From positions 1-29,099 of IMG/VR virus record IMGVR_UViG_3300020044_002160: DNA of 29,099 bases. One strand, 5' to 3'. The translations under genes and the position numbers were made by a program. Of the stretch, positions 18,969 through 28,088 are shown one piece after another. The notes beneath the pieces are model-generated. The model was not told the DNA's origin and made no database searches. It was given only the letters and a program-made list of their open reading frames with translations. The stretch comes from a virus (taxonomy: Duplodnaviria > Caudoviricetes). Position 1 is the first letter of the stretch; the number at the start of each line of letters is the position of its first letter.

Positions 18969-19414
18969 ACGTCAACCCCCTGGTTGTCAGAACGGCGTAG
19001 TAGCACTCTCCAGTATTCTACCTTACCACCAAACGGTCCTACAATTGGATCATTTCCTGCAACTTCAAATAGTGTATTTTTGCCTTTACGAATACCAGAT
19101 GTTTCATAGTAGATAGCATTGCCATTCATATCTCTAATGTTTGTAATTAAAACATTTGTTATTGCGTCTACCGTTCCATTTGTGGATGTTCTAATATCAC
19201 ATCTTGTTCTACCAATTAAGATATTGTCAAGAAGTAGTTCAACTCCTGCTTGAACAATTGGCTTTGATTTACGACCTGCAGGAGCAAAACCACAAGCAAC
19301 TGTTTTATCTAAAACCCAGTTTTTATTTAAATCTCCATAAGCCCCTTGTTGAACAATTGGGTAGTAAACATCTGCAAGAAGTGGGTACATATAGTCATTG
19401 GTATCGCAAGCCAT
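18965..19414 (-). CDS. putative head-closure (stopper) protein (149 aa)
   Basis: Second gene after the major capsid gene, beta-rich, size typical of head-closure proteins. Confidence 0.6.
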   Translation of the reverse strand: MACDTNDYMYPLLADVYYPIVQQGAYGDLNKNWVLDKTVACGFAPAGRKSKPIVQAGVELLLDNILIGRTRCDIRTSTNGTVDAITNVLITNIRDMNGNAIYYETSGIRKGKNTLFEVAGNDPIVGPFGGKVEYWRVLLRRSDNQGVDV

Positions 19415-20571
19415 TAGATAATTCCTGGCTTAATCACATTACCTTTATATCCATCAAGGATTTTGTCAACGATTAGATTGCCAGTACCCCCCAACATCGC
19501 AGGTGCGAATTTAATATCAAACTGATCCGTGCTGTACTGTGTAACAAAACGTTGGTAGTAATCATTACGTCCACACTTAAGGTCGTCAATTAACATCGTT
19601 GTTGCAATTTCAACATCTGGCGGAATAGCCTTGTAGCCTACGTCAAGAATGAACACGTAGTCTACGCCTCTTGGAAAAGCAGTTCCTCTGCCTTGACCAT
19701 AATAGTTAAGGTCTCCTACGGCTTGTGGCAGTGTTGCTGGTTTCTTTTCTGCTCTATTATATAGACCTACCTCTAGACGCATAATTGCTGAGTTGTTTGG
19801 AGTAATTACAAACTTTGACTCCCAGTATCTTTGCATTGTTCCATAGGTATCTGCAGATTCTATAAATGTTTTTTTGATTATAAATTCGTCTGGGCTAACT
19901 ATTTCAGAAACTTTATAATTTCCATTATACTCTTCTGGAACAAATGCAGCAAAAGTTACTGTATCTCCAACCGCTAAGTCGTGAACAACATTAGTTGCAA
20001 ACATTGTAGTTCCATCAATCAACGGTTGAATTCCAGTTACAGATATTGACACATCTTCTCCATTGTATACAAGTACATTGTTTTCATATACTTTTAATAC
20101 CTTTTTTGGATTGTGCCAAATTGGGAAATAGTCAGTACCCTGACCAACTTCCTGGACAATGAGTTTGTGGTTATAAAATCCTTCTCCAGTTGCAGAGTCA
20201 TTACTAAGATAAGAGTCAATCATTGAGCGAGCAATAATCTCCCAACGTTTGTATTCTGCAATTTCTGATGGAGTTCCTGTTGTTGCAAGTGTATTTGGAT
20301 CAACATATGGGCGGTAGACAGTAAGGTTTGAGTCTACAACAATTTCTCCATAAATGTCTGTATCGTAAATTCTAAAAAGAAAGTCCCTATCGAATTGGAC
20401 TTTTGAGCGAGGGAGTGAATATGTAATCTGAGAATCAACAGTAGATGTTACCTCTGTGGTTTCTATAGTGTGGTCTACAACATCCTCAACGTAAACTAAA
20501 TATGTTTGTTCCGCTTCTGGAACATCCCAAGTTGTTACGATTGGGTATGGGGGGACTCTTAAGATTTCCAT
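19414..20571 (-). CDS. head-tail adaptor/connector protein (385 aa)
   Basis: First gene after the major capsid gene. EIIARSMIDSY and DVGYKAIPPDVEIATTMLI match connector (gp6/gp15-like) patterns. AAGGAG SD. Confidence 0.7.
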   Translation of the reverse strand: MEILRVPPYPIVTTWDVPEAEQTYLVYVEDVVDHTIETTEVTSTVDSQITYSLPRSKVQFDRDFLFRIYDTDIYGEIVVDSNLTVYRPYVDPNTLATTGTPSEIAEYKRWEIIARSMIDSYLSNDSATGEGFYNHKLIVQEVGQGTDYFPIWHNPKKVLKVYENNVLVYNGEDVSISVTGIQPLIDGTTMFATNVVHDLAVGDTVTFAAFVPEEYNGNYKVSEIVSPDEFIIKKTFIESADTYGTMQRYWESKFVITPNNSAIMRLEVGLYNRAEKKPATLPQAVGDLNYYGQGRGTAFPRGVDYVFILDVGYKAIPPDVEIATTMLIDDLKCGRNDYYQRFVTQYSTDQFDIKFAPAMLGGTGNLIVDKILDGYKGNVIKPGII

Positions 20572-20595
20572 AAATTATCAAACTCCTTCTTTTTA

Positions 20596-20604
20596 ATTAT
20601 AGCA
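20596..20604 (-). promoter_or_regulatory. extended -10 promoter restarting transcription after the capsid terminator
   Basis: TGC-TATAAT immediately downstream of the terminator U-tract and upstream of the AAGGAG SD. Confidence 0.65.
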
Positions 20605-20612
20605 TTCAAATT

Positions 20613-20648
20613 AAAAAGGAGGCAGAGGATTTTACTCCCCTGCCCCCC
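20613..20648 (-). terminator. intrinsic terminator after major capsid gene
   Basis: GGGGGCAGGGGA-GTAAAA-TCCTCTGCCTCC stem (two G-U pairs) followed by TTTTT. Confidence 0.85.
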
Positions 20649-20665
20649 AATTTTATTCCTAGTGA

Positions 20666-21763
20666 TTAGGAGCTGGGCTTGCTTGCGTAAGCTACAGCGT
20701 CCTGCTCTTCCCAGTTAAGTCCGAAACGAACGAATACGGTGTATTCGATTGTGTCCTTCTTGGGAACGTAGAAACGGTTAACAGTGATGTCTCGCTGGAA
20801 ACCCCAAATACGGTTCTGTGGGAATGTGATCTCAACGTAGTCCTTGGGGAAGTAAGGAACTTCCAATACAGGAATACCGAGAACACGAGTCTGACGAGCT
20901 CCACCAGTTGTCTGGTCAATACCGCCAAGGTATGAACCACGAGCGGCTTCAGTTGAACCAATAGCGTCAAACACAGTACCGTTGTTCTTTACAATGTTTG
21001 CAAAGGTATCGGTTCCTGCGTAGAACTTAAGTCCAGTCTGAAGAGCACGGTAACGACGTGGGAGTGCGAGGATAAGCTTTTGCATATCCTCGACTGTCCA
21101 GTTTGCGTCGATCTGTGAAACTGCTGCTTCGTGTGCAAATCCATCGCCAGCTGCTGTGGCAATGAATCCGTCCATAATCTTGAGGAAGTCGTCTCCTGAT
21201 TGGGCTGTGTCACCGTTGATCGCTAGATCTTCAATGTCGTTACCAAACGCAGTAGTCATAAGACGTACCAAGTGGTCCTCAAGAGCACCTCCTTCAATAT
21301 TGTCTTCTAGTGATTCTGATGAAACTTCCCAGTCAAGACGGAGCTTCTTTGTAGTAAGCTCAACCTTGCTGAATGTAGCTCCAGCGTTTGTGAATGATGC
21401 GTCACCCTGGTTCGCTGCACGAACAACACGCTCTCCAACGTTAACTTTTTCAAGTTCCATTGTGTTAGCTCGCATTGTTACACGACGACCATCATTAGCG
21501 AGAGTGGTAGCGTCCCAAACGTAATCGATAAAGCGTCTAGCCTGATCTGGACGAAGGATACCAGCACCATCGTATCGTGGGCTTGCGGTTGATGATGGGT
21601 TAACGGCGTTAGGACCGTCAGTTAGACCGAGATTTGCGTCACCTTCTGTGTTTCCAAGAAAGGGGAAGCCAGGGTCTGATACTCCACCAATTCCACCTGA
21701 GAAGGCTGCCCCATCTGAGTTAGGGTAGTCTCCTGGTAGATTTTTAATGATTTCTTCCGACAT
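20666..21763 (-). CDS. major capsid protein (HK97 fold, 365 aa)
   Basis: GILRPDQARRFID, VELTTKKLRLDWEVSSESLEDNIEG, FGNDIEDLAINGD and VLGIPVLEVPYFP are capsid motifs. Start moved from TTG 21778 to ATG 21763 because GGAGGTG is the SD. Confidence 0.93.
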   Translation of the reverse strand: MSEEIIKNLPGDYPNSDGAAFSGGIGGVSDPGFPFLGNTEGDANLGLTDGPNAVNPSSTASPRYDGAGILRPDQARRFIDYVWDATTLANDGRRVTMRANTMELEKVNVGERVVRAANQGDASFTNAGATFSKVELTTKKLRLDWEVSSESLEDNIEGGALEDHLVRLMTTAFGNDIEDLAINGDTAQSGDDFLKIMDGFIATAAGDGFAHEAAVSQIDANWTVEDMQKLILALPRRYRALQTGLKFYAGTDTFANIVKNNGTVFDAIGSTEAARGSYLGGIDQTTGGARQTRVLGIPVLEVPYFPKDYVEITFPQNRIWGFQRDITVNRFYVPKKDTIEYTVFVRFGLNWEEQDAVAYASKPSS

Positions 21764-21797
21764 ATTTTTCACCTCCAAGTGATTTTATAGATTTTTT

Positions 21798-22301
21798 TTA
21801 CTTCAGTAGATCGGATGTTGTGAGGAAACGTCCACCCCATACTGATTTTTCAACCATTGCTGGTTCCTGTACGATCTGTCCAAGATCGCCAGACTTACGG
21901 AATGCGGTATCTGCTTCTACTGCGTCGATACGCTTCCCAAGATTGTCAAAGTCACCTTCTGCATCTGCAAGTTTTGCATTTGCAAAATCGGTTGACTTCT
22001 TAAGTGCAGCAACTTCGTCAGCAAGTGACTTGACTACTGCGGTGATTTCGCTAAAGGCTGATGTAACGGCATCCTTGAGTTCAGTGACTGCGTTAACAGT
22101 TTCCTCGTCTGAACCTGACACCTCTTCGTCTGCTACCTCTTCAGCAACTGTTTCTGCTACAACCTCTTCGGTTGCTACCTCTTCAGTTTCTGCTTCTACG
22201 GCTACTTCTTCAACTTCGGCATCTGCCTCTGGAGCGATCTCAACAGCTTCGGTTTCTGCTACTTCTTCTGCAGGAACCTCGTTTATAATTTCATCTGTCA
22301 T
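21798..22301 (-). CDS. nested in-frame scaffold protein (167 aa, MTDEIINEVPAEE...)
   Basis: AAGGAGG-ATAGT-ATG at 22301, exactly where the acidic region begins. A candidate internal promoter lies just upstream. Confidence 0.7.
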   Translation of the reverse strand: MTDEIINEVPAEEVAETEAVEIAPEADAEVEEVAVEAETEEVATEEVVAETVAEEVADEEVSGSDEETVNAVTELKDAVTSAFSEITAVVKSLADEVAALKKSTDFANAKLADAEGDFDNLGKRIDAVEADTAFRKSGDLGQIVQEPAMVEKSVWGGRFLTTSDLLK

Positions 22302-23057
22302 ACTATCCTCCTTGTTTATCTCAATTGTATTAATGCCTTTAGCACTATCAACTAAGAACTTTACTAGGTTGAGTTTGTCATCATCTGACTTCTCAACAAA
22401 ACCAATGTTTTGCATTACATTACCATTAGCAGGACTGGTCTGAACTTCTTCTTGTGAGATCATAACAATTCCAGACTCTTTATCCCAAAAAACATTTTCA
22501 ATTACTGTATCTACTAGGTCTCCCTTTACTACGTCTACGCCATCAACCTTCTCAACAGAAAGGATGTTTGCAAACTGGTTTGCAGGGGTATCAACTAGTG
22601 ATAGTTCCATTAGGTCATACTCTTTAATAACACGGATAGCTTTATCCATACCCTCGTCATATGCGTCTTCCCACTTGTTCATCTTGCCACCAATTGAGAA
22701 TCCTGAAAGAGTTCCATCTAAAACCTTTTCCCAAGTATTTTGAGCACCCTTTGATACATATGCAGAAACATAGACACCATTATAAAACTTCTTTGTTTCA
22801 GGGTCAAAGTACTTGTCTTCTTTGAATGCAACCATTTTGCCTACTGCAACTGGCTGATGCATTTCACGAATGTTACCACGAAATGCTTCAAAAGCTTTCA
22901 TAGAAGCTTCTGGAGTAACGATGTCATTTTGCTTATCTACGTTATCCAGAGTTGCAAAACCAGATACGATTCTACGCTCTTGGTCTATTTTTGAAAAGGG
23001 CATATCCATACGGACGGTCTCGCCATCGGTATGCCATTGTACTTTTTGAATACTCAT
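21798..23057 (-). CDS. HK97-type prohead protease fused to an acidic scaffold domain (419 aa)
   Basis: IVSGFATLDNVDKQNDIV, REMH (catalytic His), GTLSGFSIGG (catalytic Ser) and ELSLVDTPAN are protease motifs. Glu/Ala-rich coiled-coil C-terminus. Lies between portal and capsid genes. Confidence 0.9.
   Translation of the reverse strand: MSIQKVQWHTDGETVRMDMPFSKIDQERRIVSGFATLDNVDKQNDIVTPEASMKAFEAFRGNIREMHQPVAVGKMVAFKEDKYFDPETKKFYNGVYVSAYVSKGAQNTWEKVLDGTLSGFSIGGKMNKWEDAYDEGMDKAIRVIKEYDLMELSLVDTPANQFANILSVEKVDGVDVVKGDLVDTVIENVFWDKESGIVMISQEEVQTSPANGNVMQNIGFVEKSDDDKLNLVKFLVDSAKGINTIEINKEDSMTDEIINEVPAEEVAETEAVEIAPEADAEVEEVAVEAETEEVATEEVVAETVAEEVADEEVSGSDEETVNAVTELKDAVTSAFSEITAVVKSLADEVAALKKSTDFANAKLADAEGDFDNLGKRIDAVEADTAFRKSGDLGQIVQEPAMVEKSVWGGRFLTTSDLLK
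22324..22351 (-). promoter_or_regulatory. internal sigma70/sigmaA-type promoter for scaffold plus capsid
   Basis: TTGATA-N16-TACAAT ending 22 nt upstream of the internal ATG. Confidence 0.5.
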
Positions 23058-23066
23058 ACTATCTTA

Positions 23067-23072
23067 ATTATA
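23067..23072 (-). promoter_or_regulatory. -10 element, near-leaderless promoter of protease gene
   Basis: GTG-TATAAT-TAAGATAGT-ATG(23057). No SD. Confidence 0.5.
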
Positions 23073-23110
23073 CACGACATTTTATTGAATGTTAATATTT
23101 CGTAACATTA

Positions 23111-24718
23111 CTAAGCTGACGCTCTTCCTTCACCTTTTGGATTACGTCCAGCAACTGTTGCTGTACTGTCTGAAGAGTTGTTTGTGCGTTCTGCATCTCT
23201 TGTCCTGTTACCTGCATTGTTTGCACGAGCATCTGTTGCTTGGCGAGGAGTCATTACAAATGGATCATCTCCGCCAGGAATCTGGGGAAGTCCAAGTTTT
23301 TCACGAGCCTCGTTTGGAACCATAATTTGATTCTTAACATAACGCTCAAGTATCTGGGACTGTGCAATTTCATCTGTAAGTGTTAGTTCGTTAAACTTAA
23401 GTTCTAGAATATCTGTCTTCTCACGAATAATTTTATTTAGAATCTTCTCAAGATTGCGTTGGGCTGGTCGAGCGACCTGTTCTTTAAATGTGCGATCCTG
23501 TGCCAAGCTTGCCGCAATCTGAGAAGAATCCGATCCACCTAGTTTAGAAAGTGGAACCTGATGTGCAACAAGGATATCGTCACGAGTTTGCTGACGATAG
23601 TTGTGGAATGAACCTTCCTGAACACCAGCCTCAATAGGCTTCATTTCAAACTTCACCTTGTTGGTATCAGTATCTCCAGGAAGTGGTATATATAGTGTTC
23701 GATGATTCTGTCCCTTTAGACCTGTTTGTAGGAATCGGAACATCTTGTCTTCTGCTTCCGCTGAAAGTTGAGCACCCTGAAGGGTAACAACATAGCGAGG
23801 AACAGCCTTGTTGCTAAAATAGTCAATGTTGTATTGTGAAGCAAGTGCATCTCCAAGTAGTGATGGAATGGCTGCAATTACGTCAGGTACGCCATAGAAA
23901 GTATTTAAGGGAGAGTATTCTTTAATGTGAATAATCTCGTTAGGGCGTGGATCTTGGGTTAATGGGTTGGTATTAGTTGCCCCAAAGTTACGAAAGTAGA
24001 CAACCTTGTTTGCAATAATTTGAACATAACCATCGTGAATACGACGTACTCGCATTGTTGTTGCAGGAATGTGACCAACGTAACCAATTTCTCCAGTAGT
24101 AGTTCTACCAATTTCTAAGTATCCATTTCCTGTTGCATAATAATCTGTTGCAACCTTTTCAAGAATATTTGTAAAGCTCTCGTCTAGATTAAGATTTTCA
24201 ATCCAGTCACGTAGCTGAATCTTGAGACGTTCAATACGCTTACGTGCTCTCTTAACTGCTTCTTTGTCTTCTGTGTCTTCAAGTTTTATCATTGTTCGAT
24301 CTGATACAACAAAGTCATATCCAAGACCAACGGTATTTTCAACTTTTGCATCAATAGCAGCGTGATTAGCAAACGATGTGTCGTAATAGTTTGCAAGTTC
24401 GTTTAGGTCATAGGGTGGGGTAATAAGGTCAAAAAGACCGTAGGCGTTGCGGTAGACAGTTCCAGGGTTAATCTTTTTTGATTTTGCATCACCTTTACCA
24501 GACTGTATTGCATTAGCAGAGTCAACATATTCATCGGTATATTGTAATTTTTCAATTCTAGATGTACGACGTTTGAAGTTTACATCAAGACCATCTAGGT
24601 CTTTTAGTTCTTCCCAAGACTTATTAAACTGATCCATTGATTTAAAAACGTTTACTTCTTCTACAGTATCGTCCCATTTAACTGGAATTGGAACTCGCAT
24701 CAAATCATCATTAGGCAT
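23111..24718 (-). CDS. portal protein
   Basis: DYYATGNGYLEI, NEIIHIKEYSPLNTFYGVP, YFSNKAVPRYVV, ILVAHQVP..LG and MVPNEAREKLGL are portal motifs. Start probably ATG 24718 (GGAG upstream, 8-nt overlap) rather than 24763. Confidence 0.93.
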   Translation of the reverse strand: MPNDDLMRVPIPVKWDDTVEEVNVFKSMDQFNKSWEELKDLDGLDVNFKRRTSRIEKLQYTDEYVDSANAIQSGKGDAKSKKINPGTVYRNAYGLFDLITPPYDLNELANYYDTSFANHAAIDAKVENTVGLGYDFVVSDRTMIKLEDTEDKEAVKRARKRIERLKIQLRDWIENLNLDESFTNILEKVATDYYATGNGYLEIGRTTTGEIGYVGHIPATTMRVRRIHDGYVQIIANKVVYFRNFGATNTNPLTQDPRPNEIIHIKEYSPLNTFYGVPDVIAAIPSLLGDALASQYNIDYFSNKAVPRYVVTLQGAQLSAEAEDKMFRFLQTGLKGQNHRTLYIPLPGDTDTNKVKFEMKPIEAGVQEGSFHNYRQQTRDDILVAHQVPLSKLGGSDSSQIAASLAQDRTFKEQVARPAQRNLEKILNKIIREKTDILELKFNELTLTDEIAQSQILERYVKNQIMVPNEAREKLGLPQIPGGDDPFVMTPRQATDARANNAGNRTRDAERTNNSSDSTATVAGRNPKGEGRASA

Positions 24719-25121
24719 TGTAAGCGTCAACTCCATACATATCAATTGTTTGTTTGGCAGCAATTAACGCACCAAGGTCATTGTCTGAAGGAATGAATCC
24801 TTGTGACATTTTATCTACTTGTTCTGAAGCTGTTTCATCGCTAACCATTCTTTGGTTTGGAAAGAATACCGCCTTGCCTTCTGACTGACCATAATGAGCT
24901 GCTGCTTCTGTAAGTTGTTTAATTTTAGCTTGGTCGTCACGCATTGATTCAATACAAAGTGGGTCATTGTTTCCACCTGTAAAAGCTTTTCCGTTTGGCT
25001 TTACCCAAATATAAAGACCTGCATTTGAGAATGGTTCTTCAATAACACGAACGCTAGTTTTACCAATTTGTCCCTTCATAACAGGACCAATATCTGGAGA
25101 ATTGTTAATGTTTAAGTTCAT
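24711..25121 (-). CDS. hypothetical protein upstream of portal (136 aa)
   Basis: Fills the gap and overlaps the portal start. ATG 25121 is preferred over GTG 25127 because the GTG is only 1 nt from the -10 element. Confidence 0.75.
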   Translation of the reverse strand: MNLNINNSPDIGPVMKGQIGKTSVRVIEEPFSNAGLYIWVKPNGKAFTGGNNDPLCIESMRDDQAKIKQLTEAAAHYGQSEGKAVFFPNQRMVSDETASEQVDKMSQGFIPSDNDLGALIAAKQTIDMYGVDAYNA

Positions 25122-25128
25122 AAACACA

Positions 25129-25137
25129 AGTATACCA
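25129..25137 (-). promoter_or_regulatory. extended -10, probable leaderless promoter
   Basis: TGG-TATACT-TGTGTTT-ATG(25121). No SD. Confidence 0.6.
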
Positions 25138-25139
25138 TA

Positions 25140-28073
25140 TTATAGAGGTTTGACAACAATTCTGTTCGACCTAATACCACTATATAGGTTTGCTGTGTTC
25201 TGATTTATCGAGACATCACCATTTCCTGGCTGTCCAGTAATCTTGTTGTTACCAATATATGCGTTATATATTGATAAAGCATCAAGCTGTGGAACAAGAA
25301 GAATTGAAGAGGAAAGGACATTTCTCCAGTCATCATTTTCAGGTTGACTAGATTGCCAGTAGCTCCAATTGTTAGCAGAAGTTGTTTGCCAATTATCTGA
25401 AAGAAAGTTTTGATTAATCTTTGCTTCATTAATTTGATAGTCTGAAATATTATTAATTAAGAATGGACCTGTAATGGCTATTTTATTATTTGTAGCAGAG
25501 TTAAACCTTAAATTTTGTGTAAATTTTAAAGTTATTGTATGCCATTCTTTATATCTAACAGTTCTATCTTCTATACCATCTACATACACAACAACGTTTG
25601 AATACGTTGCACCATCTTGTTTTACAAATATTTCTCCTGTAATCTGATTTGCTTCAGGATTTAGCCCTACAGTGATTACTTTATCACCCTCATTAGCAGA
25701 GTAATAAATTTTAAATATGTCTATATCACTTTCTCCAAAAAGTTGTTCGTGAAATATTGAAGCTTGAATTACACAAACTGTATAGAAATTTCTTTTTGAT
25801 TGATTAATTGGAACTGATATTTCTCTTGTACCATCAATTGTTGAACCTACAAGTTTAATGCCGCTATTTTTATTTAGATAAAGATATGGAGTACTAGACT
25901 TATAGACTGTGTAAGGATTTTTTGTATTATATCCGCTACTACCATATGAGTAAATGTCTTTTCCATATCTTGTTCCAATTGGAATTGGGGTAGTTGAGTC
26001 TTTTAAAGATTGTGACGATAACTGATACTTTTTAATTCCAACTGGATTTCTAAAAATTCCTGGAATAGTAAAGTCAACGTGCGTCACTATAGATAGATCA
26101 TCAATTGATCCGTATCCACCAGTTGGTAAATAAAGAATTGTATTGTCTACAAATTCATATAATTTATTCAACCAGTCAGCATCTGGCTCGATTGTGTAGT
26201 TTGATGATTTTGCAACAGTTGTCTTTACAGTTTGATTATCTGAAACAATTGAAGAAACAATACTAGAAAACTCAATATATGAACGAACAATAGCATTTGA
26301 TACATTTGATATTTCTGGATAGTCAATATTTATCTGAACAAAGTCTAGGTCGTATACGTTTGAAGATATTTGTTTTGCTAGTATTTTTGCTGGGATATAG
26401 TCTTTCCAACTACCACTAATTGCAATGTCAAGACTGAACTCGTTAAATGTATTAATTCCCACAAGAGTATAGCTTGCACAATGAGTATTAAAGGTTGCTG
26501 AGTCGGAGTCTGCAATACCGTTTACAAAATCGGCAGAAGGAATTATCTTTAAGTTTACAGAATTTGAAAATCCTATTTTATAAATCTTGCCTAAGAATGT
26601 TCCTGTAAAGCTCCCAGTTCCTGCAACAAAAAGTTGTAACGCTGTCTTGTTTTGAAAGAATGATTTAAGTTGACTATTTGATGAATTCTGAGTAAGTTCA
26701 TCTATATCTATTCCAGCATTAAATTTTGTGTTTATTGAAACAACATTTGATGCAGTGTATATTGTATCTTCAACAGATCCAGAAACAAACTTATAAGTTA
26801 GGTCGTTATTATTTATAGTTATTTGAAATGATTCTGAATTAGCATTTGATACTTTAAACAATGTTTGTTCTGAAGATGGTAATTCAGATACTTCAAATAC
26901 ACCATAAATTGCTTTTACTTCATCTTGTAAAACATTCATTTTATTAAAGTAAAGGTAGCCATCTGTATTCCATTCATCATCTGTTTCCATTGGATTCATT
27001 ATAAAGAATACGTCATTGTCTAATATCTCTCCGTCAGAAAGGGAGGTTGTGTTTGATTGATCTGTAAGAGTTTGCTGTGTTGCATTCCATTCTGCTACCG
27101 TTTTATCTGGGTCTTGAAAAATTATAGACGGTAAAGAGTAGTTTGGAACAGATAAAATACCATTTGTTGTATCTAGGTTGTTTATAATTCCACTTTGCCA
27201 TTTACCTGCACCTGGATATGTATAATTGTTCACATACTTAGCAGATTGATAATCTATCATTACTGGAACATCTGAGTATGTAGTATTTTTAATTTCTTTA
27301 ATTTCTACAGATTGTCCTTTGACAAAATGCAACTTTGCATTTCTTTCAGATATTTGATATGGATAAATTGCCAGGCAGTCTATCTGTACTGGAGTTACAT
27401 TATCATAGGCATAAATACCAATCCAGTCTTGATCTTTTCCGTTATCATCATATTTTGCAACAAGTTGTAGATTTGTTCCATCGTGTAAAATAGATATTAC
27501 CTGTTGACCATTAAGAATTAATCCTGCAGATAGTGATGTATAGTAAATCTGAACAAGCATTGGTCTACCCCATTCACCTACAAAGTGATGTTTAATTTGA
27601 TTCTCAACCTTTAAAGAAAGAAATGGTCCATTTACATAAAGCCCATCATCAGAATAAATTGGTCCTAAAATTCTAAGTGGGTAATGGGTTTCTGGTAATA
27701 CTCTTAACCAAAACTCAAGTGTAAGGTTCTTGTCTTTTCCATCGTAGTTTAAAAATCCAAAACCAGGAAAAATAAATGATGGAGCATTAGTATTTTTATA
27801 AAGATTGATAATACTTGATGAACCATATGCAAGTGGCATTCCAGATGAACTTGCCTTTAAAGTATTTGCGGCTGAGGATGAACCAAGATAGTAAGCATTG
27901 TCTATGCCATTACCGTATTCGTTTGCAGGTGTACCCCAAAAAGTAGTAGGAAGGTTTGTTGCAAAAGTAATATTGATATTGTCTAGAGATGAAACTGCAG
28001 AAAGATTTTCGTCGAGACTCCAAATGACAGAGGGATTATCCCTACTTATTGAGTCTGCATATAAATTTGACAT
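25140..28073 (-). CDS. large virion-associated protein with N-terminal LamG/ConA-like beta-sandwich (977 aa)
   Basis: YADSISRDNPSVIWSLDE, LTLEFWLR, LILNGQQV and QIDCLAIYPYQIS..AKLHF follow the LamG-like pattern of phage tail/fibre proteins. AGGAG SD. Confidence 0.7.
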   Translation of the reverse strand: MSNLYADSISRDNPSVIWSLDENLSAVSSLDNINITFATNLPTTFWGTPANEYGNGIDNAYYLGSSSAANTLKASSSGMPLAYGSSSIINLYKNTNAPSFIFPGFGFLNYDGKDKNLTLEFWLRVLPETHYPLRILGPIYSDDGLYVNGPFLSLKVENQIKHHFVGEWGRPMLVQIYYTSLSAGLILNGQQVISILHDGTNLQLVAKYDDNGKDQDWIGIYAYDNVTPVQIDCLAIYPYQISERNAKLHFVKGQSVEIKEIKNTTYSDVPVMIDYQSAKYVNNYTYPGAGKWQSGIINNLDTTNGILSVPNYSLPSIIFQDPDKTVAEWNATQQTLTDQSNTTSLSDGEILDNDVFFIMNPMETDDEWNTDGYLYFNKMNVLQDEVKAIYGVFEVSELPSSEQTLFKVSNANSESFQITINNNDLTYKFVSGSVEDTIYTASNVVSINTKFNAGIDIDELTQNSSNSQLKSFFQNKTALQLFVAGTGSFTGTFLGKIYKIGFSNSVNLKIIPSADFVNGIADSDSATFNTHCASYTLVGINTFNEFSLDIAISGSWKDYIPAKILAKQISSNVYDLDFVQINIDYPEISNVSNAIVRSYIEFSSIVSSIVSDNQTVKTTVAKSSNYTIEPDADWLNKLYEFVDNTILYLPTGGYGSIDDLSIVTHVDFTIPGIFRNPVGIKKYQLSSQSLKDSTTPIPIGTRYGKDIYSYGSSGYNTKNPYTVYKSSTPYLYLNKNSGIKLVGSTIDGTREISVPINQSKRNFYTVCVIQASIFHEQLFGESDIDIFKIYYSANEGDKVITVGLNPEANQITGEIFVKQDGATYSNVVVYVDGIEDRTVRYKEWHTITLKFTQNLRFNSATNNKIAITGPFLINNISDYQINEAKINQNFLSDNWQTTSANNWSYWQSSQPENDDWRNVLSSSILLVPQLDALSIYNAYIGNNKITGQPGNGDVSINQNTANLYSGIRSNRIVVKPL

Positions 28074-28088
28074 CTTTTCTCCTAATTA

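Noticed and set aside
21764-21778. TTG start extending the capsid protein by MEVKN
   Set aside because: The extension is the GGAGGTG SD plus spacer for ATG 21763.
21820-22443. 207-aa Ser/Ala/Thr-rich plus-strand ORF
   Set aside because: Antisense shadow of the low-complexity Glu/Ala/Val scaffold region, with no independent expression signals.
23077-23110. Short AT-rich inverted repeats after the portal stop
   Set aside because: Weak stems without a clear U-tract, so not a convincing terminator.
24719-24763. Upstream start for the portal given in the ORF track
   Set aside because: It would overlap the preceding gene by 53 nt. ATG 24718 with an upstream GGAG is more plausible.
1858-25429. 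Numerous short plus-strand and alternate-frame ORFs in the track (e.g. 14056..14403, 14572..14946, 21156..21524, 7616..7945, 20692..20970)
   Set aside because: They overlap well-supported genes, lack recognisable motifs, and are expected shadows of biased codon usage.
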